A stretch of DNA of 64,000 nt, from assembly GCA_002878375.1 (NCBI GenBank), contig NIRF01000001.1, forward strand, positions 235,931-299,930, written 5' to 3'. How positions within the stretch are numbered: the first letter of the stretch is position 1; each line of letters begins with the position of its first letter. Position numbers and translations under genes: made by a program. The stretch is from Dictyoglomus sp. NZ13-RE01. Lineage in GTDB: Bacteria; Dictyoglomota; Dictyoglomia; Dictyoglomales; Dictyoglomaceae. The notes beneath the pieces are model-generated. The model was not told where the DNA came from and did no database searches. It saw nothing but the letters and a program-made list of their open reading frames with translations. This document shows positions 41,025-50,215 of the stretch, in pieces.

Positions 41025-41050
41025 GTAGGGGGAGCTACCCCCTACTTTTT
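41025..41050. terminator. Bidirectional intrinsic terminator
   Basis: AAAA, stem GTAGGGGG (41025-41032), loop AGCT, the spacer base A (41037), stem CCCCCTAC (41038-41045), then TTTTT. It lies between the convergent hydrolase and DUF438 genes. Confidence 0.8.
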
Positions 41051-41076
41051 ATATATTTTTCAGGATCTTTTTCAAA

Positions 41077-42306
41077 TTATTGCCAATCTAATAACCTTTT
41101 TTCTCCCTCTATCTTTTTAATATCAGTTATATCTTGAGTAACTTCCAAAGTTCCCAAGTAGTTTCCTTCCTTATCCCTTACAGCAAAATATCTTATATAT
41201 ATTAGTCTCCCCTCCAAATTTATCCAAAATTCAGCAGAATCTTTTGTACCCTTTTTGAATTCATTTAATATTTTCTCAACTATATGAACACTTTTTTGGG
41301 GATGACATTGTTGTACTTTTCTCTCAATGACTGCTCTTGTTCTAACAAAAATTCTATCTTTTGTTTCACTAAAATATTTTACCTCATCATCTTTTCCAAC
41401 AAAAGTAATATCAACGGGAAGAGTATTCAATACTGCCTCTAATTCTTTTAAAGTAAAGCTTCCTGATGGTAGATTAATTACACCCTCCCCAACTTTAGGC
41501 TCTTCCTTTTTAATCTGCTCTCCAAAGGAAACCAAAACATCTTCAGGAGTAAAGCAACAATATCCAATTTCGTCAAATTGCAATCTTATATCCTTTCACT
41601 CCTCTTCTGATATTACTTGTTTACTCATAGGAAATAAAACATTATTCTCTTTATAAAAATGGCTGGCTAACATCTCTGATAAATTTGAAGAGAGAAGGGA
41701 TAATTTTATTATAAACTCATCAAATTTTAAATTTTTATAAGTGTCTAAAAGCTCATATATATCTTTTTTATAGCCCTAATCTTATCATGATCCATCCACA
41801 TAATTGCAGGTGGTTCAGTTATGCCATGCTTTTCAATATAAGGGAATAAAACATTTTCTTCTCTCAAATAATGTTTTTCAGATTCCTTGAAGTGCTTTAC
41901 AATATCTTTTATCTCCGTCATTATATTTTCACAAGATTCAAAACTGTCATATGATCTCAAGCTATTTGTAAGACTTATTAGTTTATCTGTATAATCTAAT
42001 AAAATTCTATGCTCTTCCATAAGAATAGAGATTGGATGCCCCTTTTCTGCTTTCTTGTTCTCCTTTTCTAACGCCTCTTGAAAAACAGATAAAATGGACT
42101 TCACATAATCTCATAACTTCTTCTCTTGGCATCCCCTCTTTTATAAGTTCTTGCTCAATCTCTGCAATCTCAGTAGAGGATACACTTCCAAATATCTCCT
42201 TAAATTGTTTTTTTAATACCTCAGGATCCTCTCCTTCGTGGATCTTTTTAATTAATGTCTTCAACATTTCCTTTTTGCTCATTCTCATCCCAAAAATCTC
42301 ACTCAT
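41077..42306 (-). pseudogene. DUF438 / hemerythrin-like / PAS domain protein, disrupted by two frameshifts and one in-frame TGA
   Basis: Three track ORFs (42306-42007, 42104-41745, 41583-41077) plus an untracked segment join into one colinear protein: ...EVMRLCEVH|LSVFQEALEKE...MWMDHDKIRAIKK|DIYELLDTYKN...HFYKENNVLFPMSKQVISEEE*KDIRLQFDEIGYCCF...PAS. Lesions lie at about 42091-42094, 41764-41769 and 41596-41598. Confidence 0.8.
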
Positions 42307-42327
42307 TTTAAAACCTCCTTTTTATTT

Positions 42328-42492
42328 TTATATTGGTGGAGAAAATTTCCTTAACCTTAAAGAATTAGTTACTACAAAAACTGAACTGAAAGCCATAGAT
42401 ATACCAGCTATCATTGGATTTAATAGTATATGGAAGAATGGAAATAGCACGCCACCTGCAAAGGGACGTTTTCTTAGAAACAATATCGTAAC
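42328..42492 (-). pseudogene. Remnant of the C-terminus of a copper-translocating P-type ATPase (CopA)
   Basis: Minus-strand translation gives [45 protein letters not shown], the conserved last TM helix and tail of CopA-type ATPases. In another frame just upstream, IGYDIVSKK is the usual end of an HMA domain. About 700 aa of core ATPase are missing. Confidence 0.7.
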
Positions 42493-42675
42493 CTATACTT
42501 CAATTTTCTCTTTAATTTCCTTTAAATTTATATGATCCGCCTGAATTTCTACCCTTTCCAAAGGAAAATTAACAGTAACACTCTCTAAGCTTGGTAAATC
42601 CTTTAAACTTTCCTCAATCCTCAATGCACAACTTGCACATGTCATACCACTTACAGGTATTATAAACTTCTTCAT
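42493..42675 (-). CDS. Heavy-metal-associated (HMA) domain ORF, CopZ-like; probably the surviving N-terminus of the collapsed copA
   Basis: 60 aa with the GMTCASC metal-binding motif and a GAGGT RBS upstream. It ends at a TAG that is in frame with the downstream CopA C-terminal remnant. Confidence 0.7.
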   Translation of the reverse strand: MKKFIIPVSGMTCASCALRIEESLKDLPSLESVTVNFPLERVEIQADHINLKEIKEKIEV

Positions 42676-42825
42676 TTTTACAACCTCATCTTCTCAGCAA
42701 ATTTTCTATACAATAATATTTTATACTAAATTAGTAGGAAATCAAGAGTATAAATTCAAAATAAATTATGATAAAATTATCTTAAAAATTACATTATCAC
42801 ATGAGTTTAAAAGGATGTGATGTAA

Positions 42826-44568
42826 ATGAAAAATAGTGAGGTTGCAAAAGCATTATATGAAATTGCAGCCTTATTAGAAATAAAAGGAGAAAACAAATAT
42901 AAAGTAGCAGCATATACAGAGGCTGCAATGAGAATTGAAAATTTGCAGGAGGATATAGAAAAGTTATACAAATTGGGAAAATTAAATAAGATTAAAGGTG
43001 TAGGAGAAAGTATTGGACAAAAAATAGCTGAATATTTGGAAACTGGTAAGATTTCATATTTAGAAGAACTAAAAAAAGAAATACCTCCTGAGGTTTTGGA
43101 GTTAGAGAAAATACCTGGAATAGGTCCAAAATTAGCTTACAGATTATATAAAGAATTAGGCATAAAGGATATAGATAGCTTAGAGAAAGCAGCAAAAGAA
43201 GGTAGAATTAGATTGTTACCAAGATTAGGTGAAAAGGTAGAACAAAACATTTTAGAAGGGATAAAACAATTTAGACAAAGCAGTGAAAGGATACCTTTGG
43301 GTATTGCTCTACCAATCGTCGAAGAAATTATATCCTATTTATCCAACAACCCATATATAACCAATATTACTCCAGCAGGTAGTATTAGAAGAAGAAAAGA
43401 GACTATCGGTGATATTGATATCTTGATTACAACAAAGGACATGGAAAGAGTAAATGAACAACTATTGAAGCTACCTATTTTAAAAAATATTCTTGCTGCA
43501 GGCACAACAAAAACCAGCATTATAGTAGAGCCTGGAATCCAAGTAGACTTTAGGGTTGTTGAGGATGAATCCTTTGGTGCTGCGTTACAATATTTTACAG
43601 GCTCAAAAAATCACAATATAAAATTAAGAGAACTCGCCCTTAAAAAGGGATTAAAAATTAACGAGTACGGAGTATTTAGATTATCTGATAATAAAAAAAT
43701 AGCAGGAGAAAAAGAGGAAGAGATATATGAAGTGCTCGGTCTACAATATATACCCCCTGAACTTAGAGAGGACCAAGGTGAAATTGAGTTAGCTATGCAA
43801 AATAAGATACCTATATTAATAGAAGAAAAGGATATAGTGGGAGAAATGCATTCTCATACTAATTGGAGTGATGGCATGAATACTATAGAGGAGATGGCAA
43901 ATTATGCATATAAACTTGGCTATAAGTACTTAGTAATATCTGATCATAGTCAGGCATTAGGAGTAGCAGGAGGATTGACTCCCGAACAAATAGAAAAGCA
44001 AAGAAGGGAAATTTATGAACTGAATAAAAAATTTAAAGATTTTAGAATAATACATGGCATTGAGGCAAATATACTAAGTGATGGTAACTTAGATCTTCCA
44101 AATGAAGTTTTGGAAAAATTCGACATAGTAATAGCAGGACTTCATTCTGGGTTTAAACAATCAAAAGAAAAAATTACAGAGCGATTAATATCCGCTATAA
44201 AAAATCCTTATGTAGATATCATAAGTCATCCAACAGGAAGATTGATAAATAAGAGACCTGCTTATGAGGTAGACTTAGATGCCATATTAGAAGCTGCAAA
44301 AGAAACTGGAACTATTTTGGAAATAAATGCTCAGCCAGACAGATTGGATTTATGCGACTTAGATGCAAGAAGAGCAAAAGAAAAATATGGTATACTTCTT
44401 TCTATTGGTACGGACGCCCATGATATTCGTAGCTTCTCACTAATCAGGTATGGAATTTTTGTAGCGAGAAGAGCCTGGCTCAAGAAAGAAGATATATTAA
44501 ACACCTATCCTTGGGAAGAAGTACAAAAAAGACTGAAAAGGGCAAAGTTAAATGCAAAGAATTTATAA
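42826..44568 (+). CDS. polX: Family X DNA polymerase with a C-terminal PHP phosphoesterase domain
   Basis: HhH motifs (IKGVGESIGQKI, IPGIGPKLA). Pol-beta nucleotidyltransferase motif GSIRRRKETIGDIDIL. PHP motif HSHTNWSDG...GTDAH. Confidence 0.93.
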   Translation: MKNSEVAKALYEIAALLEIKGENKYKVAAYTEAAMRIENLQEDIEKLYKLGKLNKIKGVGESIGQKIAEYLETGKISYLEELKKEIPPEVLELEKIPGIGPKLAYRLYKELGIKDIDSLEKAAKEGRIRLLPRLGEKVEQNILEGIKQFRQSSERIPLGIALPIVEEIISYLSNNPYITNITPAGSIRRRKETIGDIDILITTKDMERVNEQLLKLPILKNILAAGTTKTSIIVEPGIQVDFRVVEDESFGAALQYFTGSKNHNIKLRELALKKGLKINEYGVFRLSDNKKIAGEKEEEIYEVLGLQYIPPELREDQGEIELAMQNKIPILIEEKDIVGEMHSHTNWSDGMNTIEEMANYAYKLGYKYLVISDHSQALGVAGGLTPEQIEKQRREIYELNKKFKDFRIIHGIEANILSDGNLDLPNEVLEKFDIVIAGLHSGFKQSKEKITERLISAIKNPYVDIISHPTGRLINKRPAYEVDLDAILEAAKETGTILEINAQPDRLDLCDLDARRAKEKYGILLSIGTDAHDIRSFSLIRYGIFVARRAWLKKEDILNTYPWEEVQKRLKRAKLNAKNL

Positions 44569-45415
44569 TAGAGGAAAGTTCAGAGAAGGAGACTTAGTAG
44601 TTCTTTGGGAAGAAAAAAGAAAACATTTAATAAAGTTAGAAAAAGATAAAATCTTCTTCTATAATAAGGGGTCCATTCCCCATAATGATATTATAGGTAA
44701 GGAAGAAGGAAGTGTAATCTACTCTTCTCATGGAGGAAGAATTATAGCTTTCCGTCCAACCTTTTCAGATTATATTTTAGAAATGCCTCGTGGAGCACAG
44801 ATCATCTATCCTAAGGATATTGGTATTATTCTTATATGGGCAGATATATTTCCAGGTGCAAAGATAATAGAGGCAGGGATCGGATCTGGTGCTCTTACTA
44901 TTGCACTACTCCAGGCAGTCGGAGAAGAAGGACTTGTTGTCTCTTACGAAATTAGAGAGGATTTTGCAAATAGAGCCATGAAAAATATACATAACTTTCT
45001 TTTGGAGCCCAAAAACCATGTCCTAAAGCTGAAAAATATATATGAAGAAATAGAAGAAGAGGACTTTGATAGGTTAATATTAGATCTACCTGAACCTTGG
45101 CGAGTTGTTCCGCACGCTGTTAAAGCCCTCAGACCAGGTGGGATTTTTCTGGCATATACTCCTACAATCATACAAGCCCAAAAAACAGTAGAAGCCCTAA
45201 AAGAAACAAAACAATTTGTTCTAATTGACACTTTCGAAACTTTATTGAGACCTTGGCAAATAGAAGATTTATCAGTTAGACCTTTCCATAGAATGGTTGC
45301 TCATACAGCGTTTATTACTTTGGCTCGAAAGCTTCATAATAGAATAGAAGAGAATAAATTTCAGAGAGACGACCTCTCTGAAGAAGAAGTAGAAAATCAA
45401 GAGCATTCTTTTTAA
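44552..45415 (+). CDS. trmI: tRNA (adenine-N1)-methyltransferase, TrmI/GCD14 family
   Basis: PRGAQIIYPKDIG, SAM motif IEAGIGSGALT, DLPEPW. A 27-aa acidic tail follows the conserved ...HTAFITLARK. Confidence 0.88.
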   Translation: MQRIYNRGKFREGDLVVLWEEKRKHLIKLEKDKIFFYNKGSIPHNDIIGKEEGSVIYSSHGGRIIAFRPTFSDYILEMPRGAQIIYPKDIGIILIWADIFPGAKIIEAGIGSGALTIALLQAVGEEGLVVSYEIREDFANRAMKNIHNFLLEPKNHVLKLKNIYEEIEEEDFDRLILDLPEPWRVVPHAVKALRPGGIFLAYTPTIIQAQKTVEALKETKQFVLIDTFETLLRPWQIEDLSVRPFHRMVAHTAFITLARKLHNRIEENKFQRDDLSEEEVENQEHSF

Positions 45416-47810
45416 AAAATACTTGCTCTTCCCTCAAGAGAGTATTCAACTTTTCCTGAAGTCTTTTATAAGCCTCTAATATTTCATCCTTTCCAAAAAA
45501 TAGATAAGAATGTTTTGATATTTTTGTCCATCTTCTTAACTCTGATAAAAGCAAGGGAGGGCTTTGAAAAACCAAATGGTTGTAATATTTAAAGGGGTAT
45601 TGTGTGGGATAAAATAAAGCATTTATTCTTTTAAAGGTTTCTTCCTCCTTAATCCTATTTTTAGAAAATCTAAGATCAGCCAAAAATGGTCTTGATGCCT
45701 TTGAAGAATATCTTATGAATCTGATGTTTAAAAGTTTAGATATATCTAAAAAAGTTTTTTCATCGTTTATTAACGTGATAAAAAATATATGAGACTTTAA
45801 ATTTTTTACATACTTTTCATAAAGATCCACAAAATCATTTATTGATAGCAATAATTCTGCATCCTCCCAAACTATTAAAGATGCTTTCTCTAAATAATCC
45901 AAATTTTTCTCTAAATTCCATGGAGAAATAAAAGTTAAATCATTAAATTGCCAATATTCTTTGTTCCAAGATGAAGTTACTATAATTACCTCTTTCTTTA
46001 TTTTCCTTATTTTTTCTATAAGCAAATTTTTTTCTATATCATTATCTACATTAATCAGATATCGCCCTTTTTCTCTTTTTGAATGTTGAATATTTATTTT
46101 TGCTTTATCCGCTAACTTAAAATCTTCCAAGTGAAATTTATAGAATTTTTCACCGCCAAAACTACCTTTATGGATTCTAACCACCATATCCATAAATTCA
46201 TTCTTATTGTTCTGGAGCTTATCAGTGGTTCCAAAACCCGTTACCGACAAAACAGTGCCAGAAACATCAACTACTCTTACATTAAATCTTTTTCCTGGCT
46301 TATATTCATACAGATCTTGAACAGTAGAATTAGGAATAAGAAAATAGGGCTCCTCGTTTCCTGGTCCAAAAGGAGATAATCTTTCAATATCTAAAAACAA
46401 ATTTGAATTAATCTCTTTAATATCAAGTTTTGCATCAATTTTAATCTTTGGAGATAAATCCAAATCACCCCACAACTTCCAGGCAAGTTCAATAGCGGAT
46501 TTATAAAATTTATCCCATTCACTCTTTTCAATACTAAAACCAACTGCAGATTTATGTCCACCAAACCTACTAAGGTAGTGGGAGAGGCTTTTGATAAAGT
46601 TGTATATATCTACATCTTCCACTCCTCTACCTGATCCAACCACATATTCATCTTCAATTCTACCCAATAATACAGGTCTATTATATTTCTCCGCCAAATC
46701 TGCAGCTACTAATCCTAAAACTCCTTTATGCCAATTTTCATTGTAAAGTATAATTATTGGCACATTATCATTTTCTTTCCTAAAATATTCCTCAATTAAT
46801 TCTTCTGCAGAATTATAAACTTCATCTTTAATCCTCTGCCTTTCTCGATTTTCCCTATCTAAAATTTCTGCAAGCTCTAATGCTATATTTTCATCTTCTG
46901 TAAGAATAAGATCTATCGCCTCTTTTACTTCCCGAAGTCTACCAATAGCATTTAACCGAGGAACTAAATAAAAAACAACATCTTTTGTATCGAATGAAGA
47001 ATAATTACTAAGTCCTGCTTTTTTTATAAGATGTTTAATTCCAAAATTTTTAGTATTGATGAGCTCCTTTAGACCATGTTTAACCAATACTCTATTTTCA
47101 TCCTTTAATTCTACTTGATCTCCCAAAGTACCTAAAGTAACCAATTCGAATATTCCCTTTTCATTAAATAAGTTATAATTTAATTTTTCTGCTATTGCTT
47201 GTATAAACTTAAAAACAGTGCCAACTCCTGCAAGATATGGGAATGGATAATTCTTAAGATGAGGATTAAATACTATTAGTGCATCTGGAATATTATTTTG
47301 CATTGGAATATGATGATCAGTAATAATAACTTCTAAACCATTTCTCCTAAGATAATTAACCTCCTCTATACTATTTATCCCACAATCTACCGTAATAAGT
47401 AAGCTATATTCAGAAAGGTTTAATTTTTGAAGAGTCTCTTTTTTTAAGCCATAACCTTCAACTAATCTATGAGGAATATAATAGTCCGCTTCCCATCCCC
47501 ATTTTCTAAGAAATTTCAATAGAAGTGCTGTAGATGTTATACCATCTGCATCATAATCTCCATATATGAGAATCTTTTTTTTCTTATCCCTAATATATAG
47601 AAGATAATCTATGGCTCTTTCAAGTTCAGAAAAGTATTTAAAAGGATCGTGAAGATTTTGAAAAGAAGGGTTAAGGAATTTACGAGCAGATTCTACATCG
47701 GTAATATCACGATTAACAAGAAGACGGGCAAGAAGAGGAGATATGTTTAAATTTCTTATAAGCTCCTCTTCTTGCCTTTCATTTCCAGGCAAAAAAACCC
47801 ATTTGAACAT
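45315..47810 (-). CDS. recJ: Single-stranded-DNA-specific exonuclease RecJ with a C-terminal extension of about 270 aa of unknown function
   Basis: DHH motifs (IYGDYDADGITS, TVDCG, ITDHH) and DHHA1 (GGHKSAVGF). Residues from about 565 to 831 have no motif I recognise. Confidence 0.9.
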   Translation of the reverse strand: MFKWVFLPGNERQEEELIRNLNISPLLARLLVNRDITDVESARKFLNPSFQNLHDPFKYFSELERAIDYLLYIRDKKKKILIYGDYDADGITSTALLLKFLRKWGWEADYYIPHRLVEGYGLKKETLQKLNLSEYSLLITVDCGINSIEEVNYLRRNGLEVIITDHHIPMQNNIPDALIVFNPHLKNYPFPYLAGVGTVFKFIQAIAEKLNYNLFNEKGIFELVTLGTLGDQVELKDENRVLVKHGLKELINTKNFGIKHLIKKAGLSNYSSFDTKDVVFYLVPRLNAIGRLREVKEAIDLILTEDENIALELAEILDRENRERQRIKDEVYNSAEELIEEYFRKENDNVPIIILYNENWHKGVLGLVAADLAEKYNRPVLLGRIEDEYVVGSGRGVEDVDIYNFIKSLSHYLSRFGGHKSAVGFSIEKSEWDKFYKSAIELAWKLWGDLDLSPKIKIDAKLDIKEINSNLFLDIERLSPFGPGNEEPYFLIPNSTVQDLYEYKPGKRFNVRVVDVSGTVLSVTGFGTTDKLQNNKNEFMDMVVRIHKGSFGGEKFYKFHLEDFKLADKAKINIQHSKREKGRYLINVDNDIEKNLLIEKIRKIKKEVIIVTSSWNKEYWQFNDLTFISPWNLEKNLDYLEKASLIVWEDAELLLSINDFVDLYEKYVKNLKSHIFFITLINDEKTFLDISKLLNIRFIRYSSKASRPFLADLRFSKNRIKEEETFKRINALFYPTQYPFKYYNHLVFQSPPLLLSELRRWTKISKHSYLFFGKDEILEAYKRLQEKLNTLLREEQVFFKKNALDFLLLLQRGRLSEIYSLLFYYEAFEPK

Positions 47811-48716
47811 TTAAGCTTTTCTTACTTCTCTAAATTCAGTAAGTAGTCCTGATGCAACAAATATGTTGGAATAGGTACCTAAAAGGATACCTAAATATAA
47901 TGCAATAATAAAGGGTCTTAAAACCTCACCACCCATAATTAATAAAGGAGTAATAGCAAGCAAAGTAGTAATAACAGTATACAAAGTTCTTACTAAAACC
48001 TGGTTTATACTCTTATTTGCTACTTTCACGAAATCCTCTTTAGGATACAACTTTATATTTTCTCTTATTCTGTCAAAAACAATAATGGCATCATTAATGT
48101 CATAACCAAGTAATGTTAATAAAGCTGCAATAAAGGAAGGACTTACCTCCCACTGGAAAATTGAAAAAAGACCAATGGTACCTAAAATTACAAAGGTTTC
48201 ACCTACAATTGCAGAAATTGCATAATCAAATCTAAATCTCAGTGTAATATAGACTAACATTACTATTACTGCTAAAACTGAAGCAAGAATAGCCTTTTCA
48301 GTTAATTCTTTACTTATTGTAGGCTCTATGGTTGTTAAATCCTTCCCTGTATATTTACCAAGAATTTTTTCTAATTCGGACGAAAGCTTTTTATACTCTT
48401 CATCATTTAAGGGCTTTGTTCTTATCCATACTTCTTTTAAATCAGAGGCTGTTTGTACCATTGACTTTGCAAACATACTATTTACAATTCTTCTTATCTC
48501 TGATATCTGTTTTGTATTTAGAGGATTTTCTAATTTATAATGGATTAATGTTCCACTTTGAAAATCTATACTATAATTTAACCCTTTTGTAAAAAGTGAA
48601 ACAATACAGATTATTATAAATATTAGAGAAACTGCAAAATAAAACCTTCTAACATTCTTGCCTAAAAAGTTTATCTCTTTCACTTCTTTATCCTCCCTTC
48701 TAAAACTAAAAACCAA
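47811..48716 (-). CDS. secF: Protein translocase subunit SecF
   Basis: NYSIDFQSGT, and a six-TM C-terminal domain with GYDINDAIIVFDRIRE. Confidence 0.94.
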   Translation of the reverse strand: MVFSFRREDKEVKEINFLGKNVRRFYFAVSLIFIIICIVSLFTKGLNYSIDFQSGTLIHYKLENPLNTKQISEIRRIVNSMFAKSMVQTASDLKEVWIRTKPLNDEEYKKLSSELEKILGKYTGKDLTTIEPTISKELTEKAILASVLAVIVMLVYITLRFRFDYAISAIVGETFVILGTIGLFSIFQWEVSPSFIAALLTLLGYDINDAIIVFDRIRENIKLYPKEDFVKVANKSINQVLVRTLYTVITTLLAITPLLIMGGEVLRPFIIALYLGILLGTYSNIFVASGLLTEFREVRKA

Positions 48717-49905
48717 TAAGCTTTGTTGCTTTTCTAAGGAAAGGCAATTGTAGTAGGTTCTCTAATAGGGTTCTTGTAACTGTAATTGCTGTGAACATAC
48801 TAAGGGCAACACCAATGGACAAAGTCACTGCAAAACCCCTTACTGGACCTGTACCAAAGTAGAATAGTATTAAAGCACCAAGAATAGTTGTAACATTACT
48901 ATCTATGATAGCACGGAGTGCATTTCTAAAACCTGCATCTAAAGAGGCCATTGGAGTTTTTCTCTTTTCAAACTCTTCTCTCATTCTAACAAATATTAAA
49001 CAGTTAGCATCTACAGCCATACCAATGGACAAGATTATTCCTGCAATACCTGGTAATGTTAAAGTTGCTCCAATAAGTTTTAAAGCAGCTAAATCCAATA
49101 TAACGTATAAAATCAAAGCTATATCTGCTACCAAACCAAGAAGTCTAAATACAATTAACATAAACAAAATAACAAGAATACCGCCTATAATTCCTGCCTT
49201 ATAAGCAGATTCCATTGTATCTTTTCCCAATGTTGGATCAATAGTTCTATTTTCAACAACCTTTACGGGTACTGGCAATGCTCCTGCTCTAAGTAGTATT
49301 GCTAACTTTTGTGCCTCATCCAAGGTAAATTTTCCTGTTATTACTCCAACACCTTGTGTAATTGCATCTTTAATTATTGGACTGGATATTACTTTTCCAT
49401 CAAGAACAATAATTACAGGCTTTCCTATATTTTTTGATGTGAAATCGGCAAAGATTTTTGCGCCTTCAGGAGTCATTTCAACCCTTACTTGAGGCTGACC
49501 CAACTGATCAAATTCAACTCTTGCATCTTTCAAGGCGGATCCAGTTAGTATTGTTTTTTCGTGTTCATCTTTAAATTCTAACAATGCAGTTTGACCTATT
49601 ATCTCTAAAGCTCTTTCTGGATCCTTTATTCCTGGCAATTCAACAACTATTCTATCCGCACCCTCCCTATATAAAGATGGTTCTGTAACACCTAATTGGT
49701 CGATTCTATTTCTAATTACTTCAATGGTTCTTCGAACTGCATCATCTGTTATTTCTACATTAGGTGCTTTTTGGCATTGCAAAGTTACTCTAATACCACC
49801 TTTTATATCAAGTCCTAATCTAAATGGATAAGTTAAAAGAATCCATAAAGCAACAGCAGAAACAATAACAATAAAAGCAGTTTTATACTCTGATCGAATA
49901 TTCAT
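48706..49905 (-). CDS. secD: Protein translocase subunit SecD
   Basis: LGLDIKGGI, a periplasmic domain, and the C-terminal TM bundle with GIAGIILSIGMAVDANCLIF. Confidence 0.95.
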   Translation of the reverse strand: MNIRSEYKTAFIVIVSAVALWILLTYPFRLGLDIKGGIRVTLQCQKAPNVEITDDAVRRTIEVIRNRIDQLGVTEPSLYREGADRIVVELPGIKDPERALEIIGQTALLEFKDEHEKTILTGSALKDARVEFDQLGQPQVRVEMTPEGAKIFADFTSKNIGKPVIIVLDGKVISSPIIKDAITQGVGVITGKFTLDEAQKLAILLRAGALPVPVKVVENRTIDPTLGKDTMESAYKAGIIGGILVILFMLIVFRLLGLVADIALILYVILDLAALKLIGATLTLPGIAGIILSIGMAVDANCLIFVRMREEFEKRKTPMASLDAGFRNALRAIIDSNVTTILGALILFYFGTGPVRGFAVTLSIGVALSMFTAITVTRTLLENLLQLPFLRKATKLIGF

Positions 49906-49933
49906 AATTTTTTATCTCCCCTTTCTCTAATTA

Positions 49934-50215
49934 TTATTCCTTAAGTTTATATGCTACACCTTCACGAACCATTTCAATAATTATTCCCTTTCCAAAAGAT
50001 ACCTGCAATATTTTAGTTTGCTTATTTACTGCAACAATCTGTCCTATTAATCCACCTTTTGTTACTATTTTATCTCCAGCCTTTAAAGATTCCAACATTT
50101 CTTGCCTTCTTTTTTCTTCTCTTCTTTGAGGGACTATTGCAATAAAGTAGAAGATTGCTATTACAACTCCCCAAACAATTAATAAACTAATTAAACTCCC
50201 AGTATTTTGGTCCAT
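49934..50215 (-). CDS. yajC: Preprotein translocase subunit YajC
   Basis: 93 aa, single TM, then [13 protein letters not shown]...[12 protein letters not shown]. Confidence 0.9.
   Translation of the reverse strand: MDQNTGSLISLLIVWGVVIAIFYFIAIVPQRREEKRRQEMLESLKAGDKIVTKGGLIGQIVAVNKQTKILQVSFGKGIIIEMVREGVAYKLKE

Noticed and set aside
41596-41598. In-frame TGA in the DUF438 gene as selenocysteine or Trp recoding
   Set aside because: The expected residue is Trp rather than Cys/Sec, I see no SECIS-like hairpin immediately downstream, TGA serves as an ordinary stop in many genes in this window, and the same gene also carries two frameshifts. A nonsense mutation is the simpler explanation.
42032-42535. 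167-aa plus-strand ORF spanning the DUF438 5' end and the copA remnant
   Set aside because: It is antisense to recognisable though degraded minus-strand coding sequence, is low-complexity and has no RBS. Its length probably reflects relaxed constraint in a pseudogene region.
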